Shown here piece after piece: positions 59,222-64,000 of a stretch of DNA of 64,000 nucleotides. The notes under the pieces are model-generated. The model made no database searches, was not told the origin of the DNA, and was given only the letters and a program-made list of their open reading frames with translations. Position 1 is the first letter of the stretch, and every line of letters starts with the position of its first letter. The translations under genes were made by a program, and so were the position numbers. Source of the stretch: an uncultured Spirochaetota bacterium (GTDB lineage: Bacteria > Spirochaetota > Spirochaetia > SZUA-6 > Fen-1364); assembly GCA_963745235.1 (NCBI GenBank), contig CAVUXE010000009.1, positions 160,001-224,000 on the forward strand, in the 5' to 3' direction.

Positions 59222-60419
59222 CTAGTAGTCGTACTTCTTTGCGATGGCCACCAGCAGCTCGTCCATCTTCAGGAAGATGCTCACCAGCTCGGGATCGAAC
59301 TTCTTGCCGGCCTGGTAGCGCATGTAGCGAAGCGCGTGCTCCTGCCGCCAGCCCTTCTTGTAGGCCCGCTGCGAGACAAGGGCGTCGTAGACGTCCGCGA
59401 TGGTGACTACCCGCGCGGAAAGGGGAATCTCCGTGCCCCGCTTGCCCGGCCCCATGTAGATCTTGGGCGCGTAGATGTTGTCGATGCGGCCGGGGTACCC
59501 CGTGCCATCCCAGTTCTCGTGGTGGTTGAGCGCCACCTCCGCGGACATGTAGTCCCAGAATGAGGTGGTGCGGCGTGAACAGGCGGGCGCCGCGGACGGT
59601 GTGCTCCCGCATGATGAGCGTCTCGTCATAGGTGAGGCCGCCCGGCTTTTTCAGGATGATGTCGCTCACGGCGATCTTGCCCACGTCGTGAAGGATGGCC
59701 GCGGTGCGAAGCACGTCGCGCACTTTGCGGATCTCCCGGGGGGAAATGCCCCGACGATGGGCCCACTTCTCGTACAGCTCCACCGCGTAGGCGCCGACCC
59801 GCTTTGCGTGCTGGCTCGTTTCGTAGGGGTCGCGCAGCTCCGCGAGCTCCACCATGCGCAGCACCATCTCCCGGGACAGTCGCGCCTTCTCGATGGCATC
59901 CGCCGCGTTCAGGGCGAACTGCGATATGAACAGCTCGTCCTGGACCGAGAAGGCAACGACCTCTCCCTTCTCGTTCTTCGCGTTGATGAGCTGGAGGACC
60001 CCCACGATCTCGTTGTCCCGGGTCTTCAGGGGCACGCAGAGGATGGAGGCCGTGCGGTAGCTCGTCTTCTGATCGAAGGCCGGGTTGAACGTGTACGAGA
60101 CGCTGCTCTGGATGTGGTAGACGTCGTCGATGAGGATCGTTTCCCCGGTCTTGGCCACGTACCCGGCCAGGGAGCTCTTGTCGATGGCCAGCGCGGCGCC
60201 GCTGGGGATGTACTTGTCCTTTGTCTCCCCGCGGAAAAGGGTGTCGTTCTGCACGAAGCTGAAGTACAGGTAGCCCCGGGCGGCCAGGTAGATGGTGCCG
60301 GCGTCCGCGTTCACGAACTGCCGCGCCTCGGTGAGCACCCTCTCCAGCAACGAGTCGAGGTCCCTGATTGAATAGAGGGTTTCGATGGTGCGGAACAACT
60401 TCAAGCTATCGCGCTTCAT
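59222..60419 (-). CDS. GAF plus HD-GYP c-di-GMP phosphodiesterase, frameshifted near 59570
   Basis: LHDVGK in the upstream frame; HHENWDGTGYP and IADVYDAL in ORF 59222..59629. Confidence 0.88.
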
Positions 60420-60459
60420 GGGGCGTAATTCACTAGTATAGTAACAAAGAGGCTCACCC

Positions 60460-61152
60460 TCAAGTCTGAGGTGAGAAAAGGAAGGTTCGCAGGTCCTCTA
60501 TGCGGGAGAAGTAGGCAACGGCGTTCGCCCTCATGTAGCTTTCGATCTCCGGCACCCTGTGGCTCCACCCGGCGGCCGCGGCCGGCACGCCGGTGGCGCG
60601 GGACATGAGGATCCCCGGCTTCAGGTCGTCAAGGATCAGGGCCTGCGAAGGGGCGCAGCCCAGTTGACGCAGGGCCTCCTGGACCGGCCAGGGGCTTGGC
60701 TTGCGCCGGTTCTCGTCGTGGTCCCAGCCGAAGACGAGGTCAGGAAGGAAGGGCGGATCCTGCGCGGCCCGGTAGTGGCCCTGGATGACATCCTTCTCGG
60801 AATGCGAGATCACGACCACTTTCCCGCCGTCATCCCGGTAATCCTCCAGCAGCTCGATGAAGCCCGGGAAGAAAGGCGGGGTGCGGCTCGTCGTCCATCT
60901 CCGCCAGATCACGAACTCCTGGGCCAGCTCGTCACGGGTCATCTTCAGCTCCCCGACCAGGTAGTCCATGATGCCGTGGAAATTGTGCAGGAGGAACTGC
61001 TCCTGCGAGGGCGGCCTTCGCCCTGGGCGCAGGGTGGCAAGCGCCTCCAGGTGGGCGGGGTAATGAACCACCGACATGCTGTCAACGGCAGTGTCATCAT
61101 GGTCCACCAGGAGACATGCGTAGCGAAGGGCGATTGCGCTTGGAGACCCCAT
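60460..61152 (-). CDS. HAD-family hydrolase
   Basis: DHDDT motif I, KPSP and LDD motif IV. Confidence 0.82.
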   Translation of the reverse strand: MGSPSAIALRYACLLVDHDDTAVDSMSVVHYPAHLEALATLRPGRRPPSQEQFLLHNFHGIMDYLVGELKMTRDELAQEFVIWRRWTTSRTPPFFPGFIELLEDYRDDGGKVVVISHSEKDVIQGHYRAAQDPPFLPDLVFGWDHDENRRKPSPWPVQEALRQLGCAPSQALILDDLKPGILMSRATGVPAAAAGWSHRVPEIESYMRANAVAYFSRIEDLRTFLFSPQT

Positions 61153-61168
61153 TCCGTATATTATAGCC

Positions 61169-62113
61169 ATGCCAAGGGAAAAAGTCGCTCGCGCCCTCCT
61201 GTCCTGCGCAGGTATCTTTCTCCTTGTGGCACTCACCTCCTGCACCAGCCTTGCAGTGCGGGCAGTGGCGGGAGTCCTCTCCGGAGGAGGGGAGAGCAAC
61301 GTCTTCTCCACGGATGATGATACCGAGCTGGTCCGTGATGCGCTTCCCTTTGCGCTGAAGACCTACGAGGCGCTCCTCCAGGCGGACCCTGAGAATGCGC
61401 AGCTAGCCCTGGCCACCGCACAGGCGTTTGCCGGCTACACGTTCGCGTTCGTCGAGATACCCGCGGACGAGCTTCCCGTGGACCGCGTGGACGACCAGCT
61501 GGCCATGCATAACCGGGCCAGGAAGCTGTTCCTTCGCGCCCGTGACTACGCCCTCAAGGGCCTGGAAGTCCGGCGTCACGGATTCCGCGCCGCGCTGGAG
61601 ACCAAAGGTCCCGAAGCCGCGCTGAAGCTGGCACGGCCGGAAGACATCGACTACCTCTACTGGGCCGGGGCCGCCTGGCTGGGGGCGTTCAGCGCGGAGC
61701 CGTTCGATTTCTCCCTGATCGTCACGCTTCCGCGGGCCACGGCGCTGCTCGCGCAGGTGCAGGCGTGGAACGATTCCTACGGCAACGGCGCGGTGCATGA
61801 GATCTTCATTTCGTACTACGCCTCGGCGCCCGTTGACCTCGGGGGAAGCGAGGAGAAGGCGCGGGCGGAGTTCGCGCGCGCCGTGGAGCTTTCACGCGGT
61901 CACTCGGCCGGCCCGTACGTCGCCCTGGCCTCTTCCCTCAGCATCAAGACGCAGAACGAGGCGGAGTTCCGGGATCTCCTTGCCAAGGCCCTTGCCGTTG
62001 ACGTGAATGCCGTCCCTTCCCAGAGGCTCACCAACACCATCAACCAGCAAAAAGCCCGCTGGATGCTTGACCACATTGATAGATTCTTCCTGGAAGGACA
62101 GGACGGCCAATGA
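61169..62113 (+). CDS. TRAP transporter TatT (TPR) lipoprotein component
   Basis: Lipobox LTSC, DDD-ELVRDALPF-LK and GGS-EKAR-EF-RA; upstream of a DctP-like gene. Confidence 0.85.
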   Translation: MPREKVARALLSCAGIFLLVALTSCTSLAVRAVAGVLSGGGESNVFSTDDDTELVRDALPFALKTYEALLQADPENAQLALATAQAFAGYTFAFVEIPADELPVDRVDDQLAMHNRARKLFLRARDYALKGLEVRRHGFRAALETKGPEAALKLARPEDIDYLYWAGAAWLGAFSAEPFDFSLIVTLPRATALLAQVQAWNDSYGNGAVHEIFISYYASAPVDLGGSEEKARAEFARAVELSRGHSAGPYVALASSLSIKTQNEAEFRDLLAKALAVDVNAVPSQRLTNTINQQKARWMLDHIDRFFLEGQDGQ

Positions 62114-63114
62114 AAGCGCCTCGACTATTGATTGTCATTCTTCTCCTTGCCGCCGGTTACGCCGCTGCAGGGGCCCTCACCATCAAGCTGGGGACCCTCG
62201 CGCCCATCGGCTCGCCGTGGGAAATAGGGCTTCGCCGGATTGCTGCGGATTGGGACAGGATCTCCGGCGGCACGGTGACCCTGCGGATCTACGCCGGGGG
62301 AATAGCCGGAGACGAGCCGGACATGGTGCGCAAGATGCGCATCGGCACCTTGAACGCGGCCGGGATCACCGTGAGCGGACTGCAGGGAATCTTCAAGGGA
62401 TTCAAGACTCTCAGCTACCCTCTTCTGGTAAGGAATGACGACGAGCTCTCCGACGTGCTGGACCACATGAAGCCGTTCTTCGAGCAGGAACTGGAAAAGC
62501 GGGGGTTCCACGCCGTCATGTGGTCTCCGGGAGGGTGGGTCTACATTTTCTCCCGCCGGCCTGTCGTGTACCCGCAGGACCTCAAGAGCCAGAAGCTCTG
62601 GGTGTGGTCGGATGATCCTGACGAGGTCCAGGCCTACCAGCGGGCCGGCTTCCAGACAGTGTCCCTTGCGGTCACGGACCTCATGATTTCCCTCCAGGGC
62701 GGGATGATAGATGCTCTGGTCACCAGCCCGCTCCTTGCCGCCTCCAACCAGTGGTTCGGCATTGTCAACAACATGAGCACCATCAAGCTGGGCCCCCTGT
62801 GGGGCGCCACTCTTGTCACCGAGAAGACCTGGTCGGAGGTCCCGGCGGATCTGCGCCCGAAGCTGATGGAAGCGGCGCAGAAGGTCGCCGACTCCCTGGC
62901 CCCTGACCTGGCCAAAGCAGACGACCAGGCCATCGCGATCATGAAGAAATACGGCCTGACCATCAACAAAGTCCCCCCGAAAGCGGAGGCAGAATGGGCG
63001 GATCTCCTGGACAAGACTTTCTCCGGGCTCGTCGGGACGACATACGATAAGACAAGCTACGACATGGCCGTCAAGTACCTGAATGAATACCTCGCAGCCC
63101 ACCCCCGACCCTAG
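62110..63114 (+). CDS. dctP: TRAP substrate-binding protein DctP/TatP
   Basis: IKLGTLAP-GSPW and GDEPDMVRKMRIG. Confidence 0.9.
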   Translation: MKAPRLLIVILLLAAGYAAAGALTIKLGTLAPIGSPWEIGLRRIAADWDRISGGTVTLRIYAGGIAGDEPDMVRKMRIGTLNAAGITVSGLQGIFKGFKTLSYPLLVRNDDELSDVLDHMKPFFEQELEKRGFHAVMWSPGGWVYIFSRRPVVYPQDLKSQKLWVWSDDPDEVQAYQRAGFQTVSLAVTDLMISLQGGMIDALVTSPLLAASNQWFGIVNNMSTIKLGPLWGATLVTEKTWSEVPADLRPKLMEAAQKVADSLAPDLAKADDQAIAIMKKYGLTINKVPPKAEAEWADLLDKTFSGLVGTTYDKTSYDMAVKYLNEYLAAHPRP

Positions 63115-63118
63115 GACG

Positions 63119-64000
63119 GTGGACCGCGGGGGCAGGAGGACTCTCGCCCGCGCAGAGGACGTTTTTTCGGTCGTCCTCATTGGCCTCATGGCAATCCTTT
63201 CCCTCACGCCGGTGGTGTCGCGGCTCTTCCTGGTGGCGGACATCAGAGGGTCCACCGACTACATCCGGCAGCTGGTCCTCTGGATCGCCTTCGCCGGGGG
63301 CGCCATCACCTCCCGAGAGGGACGCCATCTCGCGCTGAGCTTCGGGTATGACGCGTTGGGCGCCAGGACAAAAGAATGGGTGAGGGCGGTCACCTCGCTG
63401 ATCGACGTCCTGTTCCTGACGATCCTGACCCTCGCCAGTCTCTCTTTCTCCCTGGTGGGGTTCGACCCGTCTGCGATGGTGGGGATCATACCCTCCTGGA
63501 TTCTCTCCCTCGTCATGCCTGCCGGTTTCCTGGTCATGATGGCGCGCGCCATCCGCGGCTCCGCCGAACGCCCCGTTCTGCGATGGATCGCCGCGGCGGG
63601 GATCCTGCCGGGACTGGCCTTCGGGCTTGCGCCCCTCTCCAATCTCCTGGCATCTGCCGGCGCACTAGGACAGGCAAGCGCCGCGGCGCAGGCGGCTCTT
63701 GCTCCGGCCCTGGGAGCGCTCTTCCTGCCCCTGATCCTGCTGCTGGTGGTGTCCACGGTGCTTGGCAGCCCCATCTACATCCTCCTGGGGGGCCTGGCTG
63801 TCCTCTTCTTCTTCCACTCCGGCGGCGCGCTGGAGGCGGTGCCCAACGAAGGGTACGTGATGCTCTCCGGACCGCTGATCCCCGCGATCCCGCTCTTCAC
63901 GCTCGCCGGCTTCATCATCTCTGAAAGCAAGGCGGGGGAGAGGCTGGTGCGGCTTTTCCGCGCGGTCCTGGGCTGGCTTCCCGGCGGGGCCACGATCATG
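63119..64000 (+). CDS. Fused TRAP permease DctQ-DctM, runs off the window
   Basis: Hand translation from GTG 63119 gives LVLWIAFAGGAITSREGRHL (DctQ); IPAIPLFTLAGFIISES (DctM) is near the window end. Confidence 0.85.
   Translation, partial: MDRGGRRTLARAEDVFSVVLIGLMAILSLTPVVSRLFLVADIRGSTDYIRQLVLWIAFAGGAITSREGRHLALSFGYDALGARTKEWVRAVTSLIDVLFLTILTLASLSFSLVGFDPSAMVGIIPSWILSLVMPAGFLVMMARAIRGSAERPVLRWIAAAGILPGLAFGLAPLSNLLASAGALGQASAAAQAALAPALGALFLPLILLLVVSTVLGSPIYILLGGLAVLFFFHSGGALEAVPNEGYVMLSGPLIPAIPLFTLAGFIISESKAGERLVRLFRAVLGWLPGGATIM

Noticed and set aside
1-64000. CRISPR arrays, tRNA and rRNA genes
   Set aside because: None recognised; the window is almost fully coding with short intergenic gaps.

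Overview
High-GC bacterial chromosomal segment, most likely an anaerobic spirochaete. This is an inference from the TatT/TatP TRAP system, the BMP-family transporter and a spirochaete-style outer-membrane protein. About nine otherwise ordinary genes carry single-base frameshifts, which looks like long-read or MAG assembly error. Contents in order: a sigma54-driven P-II gene ahead of a purine-nucleoside ABC transporter, with adenine and adenosine deaminases nearby; a TPR plus cupredoxin pair; DUF1638, AlaX and a DHODH-like gene; an AT-richer type II restriction-modification cassette; pyrK, pyrD and fused pyrF-pyrE; fhs; dus followed by an unannotated stand-alone MshEN microprotein; an SBP/kinase/sigma54-activator module with its ABC transporter; an Ehr (Ni-less group-4 hydrogenase-related) operon led by an HTH-PTS EIIA regulator; gpmA; a TM1266-hydG-aspA-hydF-hydE [FeFe]-hydrogenase maturation operon; signalling genes; and a TPAT/TRAP transporter. 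The most notable non-coding signal lies upstream of the hyd maturation operon: a promoter, a compact three-way-junction leader and an overlapping intrinsic terminator. This is a candidate riboswitch or attenuator that I cannot assign to a known family by eye. Two tandem-palindrome enhancer pairs upstream of sigma54 promoters are also visible. All calls were made by eye and no database searches were run.
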